Shown here: positions 40,455 through 49,704 of the stretch, piece by piece
Position numbering within the stretch: position 1 is the stretch's first letter
Layout: each line of letters starts with the position of its first letter
Program-made: the position numbers and the translations under genes
NCBI GenBank assembly: GCA_041650295.1
Contig: JBAZLM010000006.1
Coordinates: forward strand, 728-64,727
From: Candidatus Omnitrophota bacterium
GTDB taxonomy: Bacteria > Omnitrophota > Gorgyraeia > Gygaellales > Profunditerraquicolaceae
Reading direction: 5' to 3'
Length of the DNA stretch: 64,000 nt
Notes under the pieces: generated by a model
The model's database searches: none
Told to the model about the DNA's origin: nothing
What the model saw: the letters and a program-made list of their open reading frames with translations, nothing else

Positions 40455-42686
40455 GTGAGAGAAAGAAGAATTAATGAGGTTAAAGGCGTAGTTCTGGTAG
40501 CAGTAGGGCTGATGTTTTTAGCCAGCCTTATTCGCTTTGATCGTCTTGATCTTATTTTTTATACTTCACATCCCAATTTTCCTGCAAAAAATCTGCTCGG
40601 AGTTTTCGGTGCTTATCTAGCCGGTATCATTGTTTTACTTTTTGGCAACATCTCCAGTTTTGTGATTCCACTTTTAATCATTACTCTAGGAATAAAATAT
40701 TTTCGTCAAGATAAACCTTATTTAAGTATCCCCAGAATTTTAGGGATGTTTGTGCTTTTAGTTTCGATAAGCTCTCTGATTGGGATGTTTAATTTAAATA
40801 ATGATCCTTTTAGATTCCAGACGGCAGGTTTTTTTGGCACTTTGACCGCAAATTTTGTGACCACCTACTTTAGTCGCTTAGGTGGTTTTATTATTTTTAT
40901 CACTTTTATTATTTTATCATTAGCTTTAGTTACAGAGATTCTTATCTCTTCGTTGTTTATTAATTCTGCAGAAAAATTAAAATCAATCTTTTCTGGCATA
41001 TTTGCTTTTTCTAATTTACGTAAAGCTACTGCAGTTAAGGTTAAGCCTACGATTAATAAGGCCAATTTTTTTAATAAAAAAGAAGAGAAGCCTGTTTCGG
41101 CTAAGCCTAAAATATTTATGCCTGAGGCAGCAGCAGTTGCGCCAAAAGTAAATATTCAAATTCGCCAGCATGGCGATGGTTTGGCTTCCGCTAGCCAAAG
41201 CCATAAATCGTCCTCTGAGGAAAAAGTTAAACCAAAGTCTAGTGAACTTAAAATTGGCGATTATCATTTGCCTTCCGTAGATTTATTGGATGAGCCACCG
41301 GCTCCGGATGGAAAGCAGATTAAAGAAGACTTGGAAGCTTGTGCACGGACATTAGAAGATACGTTAGAGGACTTTGGGATCTCGGCCAAAGTGACCGATA
41401 TTATTCGTGGCCCGGTAATTACTCGTTATGAACTTGAGCCAGCGCCAGGAGTTAAAATTAACCGCATCGAAGCGCTAAGTGATGATATCTCTTTAGCAAT
41501 TAAAGCTCAATCAATCAGGATTATTGCTCCTATTCCTGGTAAAGGTAGGGTGGGGGTAGAGGTTCCTAATTTGCACAGCGCTTTAGTTTGCATTAAAGAT
41601 TTACTTACTTCCGCAGATTTTCATAAACAGAAAAAAACTGCTTTAACTATTGCTTTAGGTAAAGATATTACTGGAAGACCGATCTTTGGCGAATTAGATG
41701 GGATGCCACATCTTTTAATTGCCGGAACTACCGGGTCGGGAAAAACAGTTTGTGTAAATACTTGTATCTTATCTTTACTTTTTAAAGAATCTCCAAATGA
41801 TTTAAAATTTTTGATGATTGATCCTAAGATGGTTGAGCTAATGCCTTTTAATGGCTTGCCACATCTTTTATGTCCGGTAGTGACGGATGCAAAAAAAGCT
41901 GCCGTAGCCCTTAACTGGGTGGTTAGTGAAATGGAATCACGTTACGTACTTTTATCTAAAGCCGGAGCCAGGAATATTGAAGCTTACAATGAAAAACAGG
42001 AAAAAATTCCCTATATTATAGTGATTGTGGATGAGTTTGCGGATTTAATGAGCGTGGCTCGCGATCAAATTGAAAATGCGATTACGCGCCTGGCGCAACT
42101 TTCTCGCGCGGTGGGGATACATTTAATTTTAGCTACGCAGCGACCTAGTGTTGATGTAATTACTGGTGTTATCAAAGCAAATTTACCTGCTCGTGTATCT
42201 TTTAAGGTTGCTTCCAAAGTTGACTCACGTACAGTTTTAGATATGAATGGTGCAGAGGCTTTATTAGGTAAGGGTGATATGTTATTTTTACAACCTGGTA
42301 AAGAAGATTTAATCCGTATTCAAGGAGCTTTGGTTAAAGATTCAGAGATTGAAAGAGTAGTTGAGTTTATTAAGGCTCAAGGTGAACCCGCATATGATGA
42401 TCAGATTCTTAAGGATCAACAAAAAAGTAGTGCTGGTGGTGGGGGCGATAAAGATGAACTTTATGAAGAGGCAGTACGCGTGATTATGGAAAGCAACCAA
42501 GCCTCAGTTTCTATATTGCAAAGGCGGATGCGTTTAGGTTATACTCGTGCAGCACGCATTATTGATATGATGGAGTTAGACGGCTTAGTGGGTCCGTTTG
42601 AAGGTAGTAAACCGCGTAGGATATTAGTTGACCGTGAATCTTGGCTCAAAGATTTAACTAATGGTAGCCAATTGGAGAAGTCGTGA
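40455..42686 (+). CDS. ftsK: DNA translocase FtsK
   Basis: N-terminal TM segments, Walker A GTTGSGKT, FtsK gamma winged-helix C-terminus. Confidence 0.9.
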   Translation: MRERRINEVKGVVLVAVGLMFLASLIRFDRLDLIFYTSHPNFPAKNLLGVFGAYLAGIIVLLFGNISSFVIPLLIITLGIKYFRQDKPYLSIPRILGMFVLLVSISSLIGMFNLNNDPFRFQTAGFFGTLTANFVTTYFSRLGGFIIFITFIILSLALVTEILISSLFINSAEKLKSIFSGIFAFSNLRKATAVKVKPTINKANFFNKKEEKPVSAKPKIFMPEAAAVAPKVNIQIRQHGDGLASASQSHKSSSEEKVKPKSSELKIGDYHLPSVDLLDEPPAPDGKQIKEDLEACARTLEDTLEDFGISAKVTDIIRGPVITRYELEPAPGVKINRIEALSDDISLAIKAQSIRIIAPIPGKGRVGVEVPNLHSALVCIKDLLTSADFHKQKKTALTIALGKDITGRPIFGELDGMPHLLIAGTTGSGKTVCVNTCILSLLFKESPNDLKFLMIDPKMVELMPFNGLPHLLCPVVTDAKKAAVALNWVVSEMESRYVLLSKAGARNIEAYNEKQEKIPYIIVIVDEFADLMSVARDQIENAITRLAQLSRAVGIHLILATQRPSVDVITGVIKANLPARVSFKVASKVDSRTVLDMNGAEALLGKGDMLFLQPGKEDLIRIQGALVKDSEIERVVEFIKAQGEPAYDDQILKDQQKSSAGGGGDKDELYEEAVRVIMESNQASVSILQRRMRLGYTRAARIIDMMELDGLVGPFEGSKPRRILVDRESWLKDLTNGSQLEKS

Positions 42687-43474
42687 ATATCGAAACTGCA
42701 GGGGCTAGATTAAAAAAGATTCGTCAGGAAAAAGGTCTGTCTTTGGAAGAGATGCAGAAGAAGACCAAGATTCATCTTAATGTCTTACGCGCCATTGAAG
42801 GAGACAGTGTTTTAGATCTAAGTCCGATTTATTTAAAAGGTTTTATTAAAATTTATTGTAGTTGCCTAGGTCTTGAGGTAAAAGATTATATTGGGCCAGT
42901 TGCTACGCCGGTTAAACCGGTGTTAAATGCGACTGTTGGCAGACCAATTGGAGCGCGCATTGAAAAGAAAGCTGCTTTTATTAAAGATGCAGCGATTAAA
43001 TTAGGAGAGAGTAATCATTTGTTAATGATTAAAAAGATTGCTATATTTGCGGTATTGGCGTTAATTGTTATATTTTTAGGAGTGAATTTCATTAAATTTA
43101 TGGTTAGAGGTAAGAAAACTCCGTTGGAAAGAACCAAAATTTTAATGTCTAAAGCTGTACCGGTAACTAAATCTATCAGCGCTACGCAAACCAAGATTAA
43201 TAAAGATCTGGCTGGCGGATTTACCGTAGGCGTATTTGCTCGGGATAAATCCTGGATTACGGCTAAGGCTGATGGAAAGATAGTTTTTCACGGTGCCCTA
43301 GGTCGCGGCAGAAGTCAAACTTGGCATGCTAAAGAAAAGATTGAATTATCCTTAGGAGATGCTGGAGCAGTAGAGTTACAGGTTAATGATCAGCGTTTTA
43401 CCAATCTGGCTAGACGCGGCAAACCTTTAAAGAATATTTTGATTAATAAAGAAGGTTTGAAGATCTCTAGATGA
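42683..43474 (+). CDS. rodZ: RodZ-like protein (XRE-type HTH, TM helix, C-terminal DUF4115-like domain)
   Basis: N-terminal HTH LKKIRQEKGLSLEEMQKKTKI, central TM, C-terminal beta domain. Confidence 0.6.
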   Translation: MNIETAGARLKKIRQEKGLSLEEMQKKTKIHLNVLRAIEGDSVLDLSPIYLKGFIKIYCSCLGLEVKDYIGPVATPVKPVLNATVGRPIGARIEKKAAFIKDAAIKLGESNHLLMIKKIAIFAVLALIVIFLGVNFIKFMVRGKKTPLERTKILMSKAVPVTKSISATQTKINKDLAGGFTVGVFARDKSWITAKADGKIVFHGALGRGRSQTWHAKEKIELSLGDAGAVELQVNDQRFTNLARRGKPLKNILINKEGLKISR

Positions 43475-43550
43475 ACCCCGCCCCTTCTTTATATTTCAAT
43501 TGTTAAAAGATATGAGGATAGTGGGTGAATATGACAAAAGGAGCGGGGTG
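43474..43550 (+). promoter_or_regulatory. Intergenic structured element, copy 1: upstream arm pairs with the SD and GTG start of rimO
   Basis: AACCCCGCCCCTT (43474-43486) is complementary to AAGGAGCGGGGTG (43538-43550), 11 of 13 bp. Paralogous to 48814-48888, with compensatory changes. Confidence 0.55.
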
Positions 43551-44795
43551 AAGCAAAAATTAGGAATATTAAGTTTAGGTTGTCCCCGAAATTTAGTGGA
43601 CGCTGAAACTTTAGCTGCAAGGCTTAGTGCTAAAGGTTATATTATTGTTGATGATTTAAAGAAAGCACAGGTAGTTTTAGTCAATACCTGTGCTTTTATT
43701 GAAGAAGCAAAACGCGAATCAATTGATGTAATTTTGGATTTAATAGAATTAAAGAAGCAAGGAAAGTTAAAAAAAATAATTGTTCACGGGTGTTTAGCGC
43801 AGCGTTATAAAGATTTAAAAAAAGAATTACCAGAAGTTGATGCGTTTGTGGGAACATTGGGCGTAGATGACCAGCAAGCTAGGTTCGCTCTAACTCCGGC
43901 ACACTATGCTTATTTAAAAATATCGGAGGGTTGTTTAAATAATTGTAGTTATTGTGTAATTCCCAGCATTAAGGGTAGATTAGTCAGTCTAGATCAAAAA
44001 GTAATTTTAAAAAAAGTTAAGTGCTTTAATCAACAAAATATTTCAGAACTAAACATTATTGGTCAGGATATCACTAGTTTTGGTGTAGATTTAGGTGGAA
44101 AAACTCAATTAACTGCTCTTTTAAAAGAAGTAATTAAGAATTCAGCTAATATTGGTTGGATTAGGCTTTTATATTTAAATCCTTTACGTGTTACTGAGGA
44201 GCTATTAGACTTAATAGCTACTAAAAAGCAAATCTGTAAATATATCGATCTGCCTATTCAGCATATTAATAATCGTATCTTAAAGCTGATGAACCGTCGG
44301 ATTACCAAACAGGAGATTGTCACTTTAATTGCTAAGATTAGAAAAAGAATTCCTGGGGTTTGTTTGCGGACTTCGATTATTGTGGGCTTTCCTTCGGAAA
44401 CCGATGCAGAATTTAATGAGTTGTTAGAATTTATTAAAAAGATTAAATTTGATCGCCTGGGCGCATTTATTTATTCTCGAGAAGAATCGACCCCAGCTTA
44501 TAATTTTAAAGATCAGATTCCGCAGAAAAAGAAACAAAGAAGATTTGACGCGATTATGTTAGCCCAGCAAGAGATTGCTAAGCAATTAAATGCTAAATTT
44601 TTAGGCAAAACAGTTTCTGTATTGATAGAAGAGAAGCAAGATGAGGCCTACATTGGTCGTAGTCAGTTTGATGCGCCAGAGGTTGATGGTATGGTTTATG
44701 TAAATAGTAAGCGAATATTAAAAATAGGTGAATTTGTGCCGGTAAAAATTACAGATACTTTAGAGTATGACTTAGTGGGGGAATTAAAACTATGA
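43548..44795 (+). CDS. rimO: Ribosomal protein S12 methylthiotransferase RimO (radical SAM MTTase)
   Basis: LGCPRNLVDAE N-terminus, CxxxCxxC (GCLNNCSYCVIP), TRAM C-domain. GTG start 43548 preceded by AGGAG. MiaB family not fully excluded. Confidence 0.78.
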   Translation: MKQKLGILSLGCPRNLVDAETLAARLSAKGYIIVDDLKKAQVVLVNTCAFIEEAKRESIDVILDLIELKKQGKLKKIIVHGCLAQRYKDLKKELPEVDAFVGTLGVDDQQARFALTPAHYAYLKISEGCLNNCSYCVIPSIKGRLVSLDQKVILKKVKCFNQQNISELNIIGQDITSFGVDLGGKTQLTALLKEVIKNSANIGWIRLLYLNPLRVTEELLDLIATKKQICKYIDLPIQHINNRILKLMNRRITKQEIVTLIAKIRKRIPGVCLRTSIIVGFPSETDAEFNELLEFIKKIKFDRLGAFIYSREESTPAYNFKDQIPQKKKQRRFDAIMLAQQEIAKQLNAKFLGKTVSVLIEEKQDEAYIGRSQFDAPEVDGMVYVNSKRILKIGEFVPVKITDTLEYDLVGELKL

Positions 44796-45370
44796 ATTTA
44801 GCCAATCGCATTACCATGTCGCGAATTTTGTTAACTTTTGTTTTTATGTTTTTTTTATTTTGCCATGGATTGGTTTTTAAGGTTTTAAGTTTAGTGGTTT
44901 TTATTTTAGCGGCCTTGTCGGACTTATTCGACGGAATGATTGCGCAACGGCATAATATGATTACTGATTTTGGTAGACTAATGGATCCCATTGCGGATAA
45001 AATTTTAGTTTTATCAGCATTTGCTGCTTTTGTGCAGTTGCAGTTGGTTGATGCTTGGATGTTTATGATTATTGTCTCCCGAGAGATTTTAATTACTTCT
45101 TTACGTCTTTTTGCTTTAAATAAAGGCAAGGTCTTGTCGGCGGCACGTGCGGGAAAACATAAAACTGTTTTACAGATGGGAGTTATTTTTCTTATTCTAG
45201 GTTTTATTTTGTTTAAAGAAATAGTGCTGCGTTATTATACTTGGAATCCCGGATGGGAGAAGGTTTTTCGTCAGGGGATCTTTGTTTTAATGTTAATTAC
45301 CATTGGATCTACTTTATACTCTGGATTATCCTATCTTTGGGAAAATCGTAAAGTAATTACCCGCCTATGA
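44792..45370 (+). CDS. pgsA: CDP-diacylglycerol--glycerol-3-phosphate 3-phosphatidyltransferase
   Basis: CDP-alcohol phosphatidyltransferase motif DGMIAQR...DFGRLMDPIADK. Confidence 0.88.
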   Translation: MNLANRITMSRILLTFVFMFFLFCHGLVFKVLSLVVFILAALSDLFDGMIAQRHNMITDFGRLMDPIADKILVLSAFAAFVQLQLVDAWMFMIIVSREILITSLRLFALNKGKVLSAARAGKHKTVLQMGVIFLILGFILFKEIVLRYYTWNPGWEKVFRQGIFVLMLITIGSTLYSGLSYLWENRKVITRL

Positions 45371-45828
45371 AGTTAAAGAATTTTTTAATTAAATTAGTAG
45401 CTTCGGTTTTTTTTATTGGTTACTTGCCGCTTATCCCGGGAACATTTGGCAGCTTAGTAGGTGTTGGTTTATTTTATTTACTTGTAGACGCTGGTTGGGC
45501 AGTTTATTTCTTAACCATTCTTTGCGTACTAGTTTTAGGGTTATTAACTAGTAGTCGTATGGAGAATTTATTAGATAAAAAAGATCCTAGTTGTATTGTG
45601 ATTGATGAAGTAATGGGGATGCTGGTTGCGCTTAGTTTTATGCCGGCGGATTTAAAAATTGTAGTTTTAGCTTTTTTAATCTTTAGAATTTTGGATACCT
45701 TAAAGCCATATCCAGCGGGTAGATTGCAGAATTTACACGGAGCCATAGGAGTGATGGCGGATGATTTAATTGCGGGTATTTATACTAATATTGTGCTACT
45801 TGTAATTTTAAGATTAATTGTTTTTTAA
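45367..45828 (+). CDS. pgpA: Phosphatidylglycerophosphatase A
   Basis: PgpA family (GTFGSL, MADDLIAGIY). Confidence 0.85.
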   Translation: MKLKNFLIKLVASVFFIGYLPLIPGTFGSLVGVGLFYLLVDAGWAVYFLTILCVLVLGLLTSSRMENLLDKKDPSCIVIDEVMGMLVALSFMPADLKIVVLAFLIFRILDTLKPYPAGRLQNLHGAIGVMADDLIAGIYTNIVLLVILRLIVF

Positions 45829-45829
45829 T

Positions 45830-46300
45830 TTACAAAGATTTAAGTAGTAATCGCAAAGCTTCTTGCGCAGATTTTTTGCGGATAATTTGACGGCTGCCAG
45901 AAAATAAAAATTTATGGCAGCTGTTTTTGTTTTTAGCAGATAAACCGATAAAGACAGTGCCTACAGGTTTATTTTTAGTTGCACCAAAGGGGCCAGCGAT
46001 TCCGGTAATACTTAAACCAAAATCAGCGTGCATTATTTTGCGGATATTTTCGGCCATTAATATGGCTACTTGTGATGAAACTGCGCCGTATTTGATAATG
46101 GTTCTAGCGGGGATCTTGAGTATTTTTTCTTTTGATTGATTACTGTAAGAGGTTACCCCTAAAAGAAAATAGCCACTTGAACCTGAAATACTTGTTAATA
46201 GATGAGAGAGTAAACCCGCAGTGCAGGATTCAGCAGTAGAGATTGTTTTTTGATTAGATAATAATTTTTTATGTATTTGCTGCAATGTTTTGTTAACCAT
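45830..46300 (-). CDS. pncC: CinA C-terminal domain protein / NMN amidohydrolase PncC-like
   Basis: TAESCTAGLLS motif; 156 aa. One of only two minus-strand genes. Confidence 0.8.
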   Translation of the reverse strand: MVNKTLQQIHKKLLSNQKTISTAESCTAGLLSHLLTSISGSSGYFLLGVTSYSNQSKEKILKIPARTIIKYGAVSSQVAILMAENIRKIMHADFGLSITGIAGPFGATKNKPVGTVFIGLSAKNKNSCHKFLFSGSRQIIRKKSAQEALRLLLKSL

Positions 46301-46327
46301 ATTTATATTATAAGCGTTTTTATTGTA

Positions 46328-46355
46328 TTGACAAGGTTAGTTTCTCTGTTAAAAT
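46328..46355 (+). promoter_or_regulatory. Sigma70 promoter TTGACA-16-TGtTAAAAT driving the FMN riboswitch and rib operon
   Basis: Perfect -35 and an extended -10, just upstream of the riboswitch aptamer. Confidence 0.55.
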
Positions 46356-46368
46356 GTAATTAATTAAT

Positions 46369-46545
46369 CTTTAGGGCAAGGTGAAATTCCTGACCGGCGG
46401 TCGCACGCAAGTGCACCAAACCATTCAATTGGTTTGGGTGAAAAACCCGCGAGCTAACATAAGAGTTTTATGTTGGCCGATCTGGTGAGATTCCAGAGTC
46501 GATGGTCCATGCAATGCATGGCAAAAGTCCAGATGGGAAAAGATT
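46369..46545 (+). ncRNA. FMN riboswitch (RFN element) aptamer
   Basis: Conserved RFN blocks GGGCAAGGTGAAATTCCTGACCGGCGGT ... AGTCCAGATGGGAAAAG, upstream of ribBA. Confidence 0.85.
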
Positions 46546-46555
46546 AAAATCAACT

Positions 46556-46584
46556 GTGCCCGAAGATTTTCTTCGGGTTTTTTG
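46556..46584 (+). terminator. Riboswitch expression-platform intrinsic terminator
   Basis: GCCCGAAG-attttc-CTTCGGG followed by TTTTTTG, 28 nt before the ribBA ATG. Confidence 0.75.
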
Positions 46585-46611
46585 TTTTTACGGAAGTTGT
46601 AGGAGTTATTT

Positions 46612-47820
46612 ATGTTTAATAGTATTGCAGAAATTTTGGAAGATTTAGTAGCCGGTAGAATGGTGGTAGTGGTTGACGATGAGGATCGCGAGAATGAAGG
46701 TGACTTAGTGATGGCCGCCTCAAGCGTTAAGCCTGATGATATTAATTTTATGGCTAAATTTGGTCGTGGTTTGATTTGTGTTCCGATGGAAGAAGAGAGA
46801 CTGCGATTTCTTGAGTTAGATCCGATGTTAAAGAATACTTTAGCTACGGTTAAGGAAGATCCTTTTAAAACTGCTTGGATGATTTCAGTGGATGCAGCTA
46901 TTGGAGTAACTACGGGAATCTCTGCTGGTGATCGCGCTAAAACAATCGAAGTGTTAATTAATTTACAAAGTAAACCAGAGGATTTGGCTCGTCCGGGTCA
47001 TATTTTTCCTTTGCGTTCTCGCGTGGGGGGCGTTTTAGTTAGAGCCGGTCATACCGAAGCTAGTTTAGATTTAATGCGTTTGGCTGGATTATATCCGGCG
47101 GGAGTTATTTGTGAGATTATGAATGACGATGGCTCGATGGCGCGTCTACCGCAGTTGAGAGAATTTGCTAAAAAGCATAATTTGAAAATTTGTACTATCG
47201 CTAGTCTAATTGATTATCGACGCAGAAGAGAAAAATTAGTAGAGCAGATTGTTCAGACAAAATTACCGACAAAGTTTGGAGAATTTAAATTAAGTATTTA
47301 TCGGGATAAAACTAATGGGCAAACGCATATTGCTTTATGTATGGGTAGTTGGAAAGAAGAGGCAGTTTTGGTACGCGTGCATTCAGAGTGTTTAACTGGA
47401 GATATTTTTGGTTCATTACGCTGTGATTGTGGAAGGCAGCTTGAGAAAGCTATGCAAATGATTGGTGCTGCTAAAAAAGGAATTATTCTTTATATGCATC
47501 AAGAAGGTCGGGGGATTGGTTTGGTGGAGAAGATGCGGGCATACAATTTGCAGGACCAGGGGATGGATACGGTAGAAGCCAATGAAGCATTGGGACATAA
47601 AGCGGATTTGCGTGATTATGGAATCGGAGCTCAAATTCTGGTGGATTTGGGGGTAAAAAAAATTAATTTATTAACGAATAATCCGCGTAAAATTGTGGGT
47701 TTGGAGGGTTATGGTTTAGAGGTCTCAGAGCGCCTATCTTTAGAGATTAAGCCTACGCAAGAAAATTATAAATATTTAAAAACGAAAAAAGAAAAAATGG
47801 GACATAAGCTTGAACTATAG
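46612..47820 (+). CDS. ribBA: Bifunctional 3,4-dihydroxy-2-butanone-4-phosphate synthase / GTP cyclohydrolase II
   Basis: DHBP synthase N-domain (DDEDRENEGDL) and GCH II C-domain with CxxxxxxxC...C zinc site. Confidence 0.92.
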   Translation: MFNSIAEILEDLVAGRMVVVVDDEDRENEGDLVMAASSVKPDDINFMAKFGRGLICVPMEEERLRFLELDPMLKNTLATVKEDPFKTAWMISVDAAIGVTTGISAGDRAKTIEVLINLQSKPEDLARPGHIFPLRSRVGGVLVRAGHTEASLDLMRLAGLYPAGVICEIMNDDGSMARLPQLREFAKKHNLKICTIASLIDYRRRREKLVEQIVQTKLPTKFGEFKLSIYRDKTNGQTHIALCMGSWKEEAVLVRVHSECLTGDIFGSLRCDCGRQLEKAMQMIGAAKKGIILYMHQEGRGIGLVEKMRAYNLQDQGMDTVEANEALGHKADLRDYGIGAQILVDLGVKKINLLTNNPRKIVGLEGYGLEVSERLSLEIKPTQENYKYLKTKKEKMGHKLEL

Positions 47821-47830
47821 TAAGATGGTG

Positions 47831-47905
47831 TCCCGCCTCAAATTATTCGGCGGGATTAATTCGCGCATTAACTTACTCACACTGATGTGTTTGTAAGTTA
47901 AGCGC
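47831..47905 (+). promoter_or_regulatory. Two-hairpin structured leader between ribBA and ribH
   Basis: Hairpin 1: TCCCGCC (47831-47837) / GGCGGGA (47849-47855), followed by TTAATT. Hairpin 2: GCGCATTAACTTAC (47863-47876) / GTAAGTTAAGCGC (47893-47905), with an internal ACAC/GTGT mini-stem. Confidence 0.45.
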
Positions 47906-47923
47906 TCATTTAAGGAGGAGAAG

Positions 47924-48391
47924 ATGGTAAAAGTAATCGAAGGTAAGTTGTTAGCAAAGGGTCAAACATTTGGTTTAATTGCTTCAAGGTTTAATGATTT
48001 TATGACTAAAGAATTAGTCAGTGGTTGTATTGATACTTTAGTTAGACATGGTGCTGAAGAAAAAGACATTACAGTTACTTGGGTTCCGGGAGCATTTGAA
48101 GTTCCATTGATTGCTCAGAAACTGGCTAAATCAAAATCATTTGATGCTTTGATTTGTTTAGGTACGGTTATTCGTGGGGCAACTCCGCATTTTGATTATA
48201 TTGCTTCCGAAGTTACCAAGGGAATTGCTAAAGTATCTTTAGATTGTGCAATTCCGGTAATCTTTGGTATAATCACTGCAGATAGCATTGAACAGGCAGT
48301 AGAGCGGGCTGGTTCTAAGGATGGTAATAAAGGTAGAGATGCTGCTCTTTCAGCAATTGAGATGGTTAACTTATCGGGACAAATAAAATAA
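47924..48391 (+). CDS. ribH: 6,7-dimethyl-8-ribityllumazine synthase
   Basis: Lumazine synthase signature; AGGAGGAG RBS. Confidence 0.92.
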   Translation: MVKVIEGKLLAKGQTFGLIASRFNDFMTKELVSGCIDTLVRHGAEEKDITVTWVPGAFEVPLIAQKLAKSKSFDALICLGTVIRGATPHFDYIASEVTKGIAKVSLDCAIPVIFGIITADSIEQAVERAGSKDGNKGRDAALSAIEMVNLSGQIK

Positions 48392-48395
48392 AAAT

Positions 48396-48812
48396 ATGAG
48401 AAAACGTACAAAAGCGCGTGAATATGTTTTGCAGATGCTTTATCAGGTAGAAGTAACCGGTGGCGATTGGCAAGAGGCAATGGCTGGTTTTTGGCAAAGC
48501 AATGAAAAAGAAAATATTCCGCAAGAGCTTAAAGATTTTTCTGCAGAATTATTAGGTGGAGTAGTCAAACAGATGCAGGAGATCGATAAAAAGATTAGTA
48601 AATATGCAGCTAATTGGCAACTTGAACGCATGGCATTTGTAGATCGCAATATTATGCGTTTGGGTTGTTTTGAGCTTTTGTTTCGTCAGGATATCCCGCC
48701 AAAGGTGGCAATTAATGAAGCTGTAGAGTTAGCTAAAAAATATTCCGGACTTGATTCTGGAAAATTTGTGAATGCCATATTGGATCAAATCAAAATCGAG
48801 AAAGAAAAATGA
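48396..48812 (+). CDS. nusB: Transcription antitermination factor NusB
   Basis: NusB fold sequence. Conserved ribH-nusB adjacency. Confidence 0.88.
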   Translation: MRKRTKAREYVLQMLYQVEVTGGDWQEAMAGFWQSNEKENIPQELKDFSAELLGGVVKQMQEIDKKISKYAANWQLERMAFVDRNIMRLGCFELLFRQDIPPKVAINEAVELAKKYSGLDSGKFVNAILDQIKIEKEK

Positions 48813-48813
48813 A

Positions 48814-48888
48814 CCTCGCACCTTCTTTGTATTTAATATCAAAAGCTAAAAGATTTAGCAGGACGAAAAAAAATGAAGGTGCGCGGTG
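48814..48888 (+). promoter_or_regulatory. Intergenic structured element, copy 2: upstream arm pairs with the SD and GTG start of the PHP gene
   Basis: CCTCGCACCTTC (48814-48825) is complementary to GAAGGTGCGCGG (48875-48886), 11 of 12 bp. Shares TGAACCnCGCnCCTTCTTTnTATTT with the copy at 43472. Confidence 0.55.
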
Positions 48889-49704
48889 AAGTACGCCGAT
48901 TTGCATGTGCACTCTTTAGCCAGCGATGGTACTTTTGGTCCGGAGCAATTAGTTAAAGAAAGTCTCAAGCGAGGACTTTCGGCGATTGCCATTGTTGATC
49001 ATGATACTTTAGATGCTATTGCTGCAGCGATAGCAGAAGCAGAAGACAAGGACTTAGAGATTATCTCTGGCATTGAATTAACCGCTCAGCATGAAGGTCA
49101 AGAGATTCATATTCTAGGATATTTTTTAGATTATAAGAATGAAACTCTGCTTAAAAAGTTAGTTGCTGTGCGAGCCGATCGGGTCCAGCGGGTACATAAA
49201 ATTATAAATAATTTGGAAGCAATGGGGATTAAATTAAATCCCAAAACAGTTTTTGAGATCTCTGGAGAAGCTAGTGTAGGTCGCATGCATATTGCTCGGG
49301 CTTTAGTTAAAGATGGGCATATTAAAACAATCCCTGAGGCGTTTCGTAAATATATCGGAGATAAATCACCGGCTTATGTTTTAGGTTTTTCGCTTACCGT
49401 AAGTGAAGCAATAAAAATGATTAAGGATGCTGGCGGAGTAGCGGTTTTAGCGCACCCCTATTTATTGCGCGATGATGCTTTGATTACTGAATTTGCCGGA
49501 TACGGTTTGCAAGGAATGGAAGTTTATTACCCGGAGCATTCGCAATCAATGGTTAATTTTTATTTAGATTTATCTAAGCAGTTAAATCTTGTTCCTACCG
49601 GAGGTAGTGATTTCCATGGTAGTGCAAAGCCTGATATAAAATTAGGGATGGTTAAAATACCAATGGAATTAGTGGAGAAGCTTCGACAGCTCAGCAATGA
49701 CTAA
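48886..49704 (+). CDS. PHP-domain phosphoesterase (TrpH/YciV-like)
   Basis: ADLHVHSLASDG N-terminal motif; metal-binding His/Asp set. GTG start. Confidence 0.75.
   Translation: MKYADLHVHSLASDGTFGPEQLVKESLKRGLSAIAIVDHDTLDAIAAAIAEAEDKDLEIISGIELTAQHEGQEIHILGYFLDYKNETLLKKLVAVRADRVQRVHKIINNLEAMGIKLNPKTVFEISGEASVGRMHIARALVKDGHIKTIPEAFRKYIGDKSPAYVLGFSLTVSEAIKMIKDAGGVAVLAHPYLLRDDALITEFAGYGLQGMEVYYPEHSQSMVNFYLDLSKQLNLVPTGGSDFHGSAKPDIKLGMVKIPMELVEKLRQLSND

Noticed and set aside
43475-43500. CCCCGCCCC run after the rodZ-like stop as a GC-rich terminator stem
   Set aside because: No adjacent inverted partner. The complementary sequence lies about 50 nt downstream at the rimO SD, which led to the SD-sequestering-element interpretation instead.
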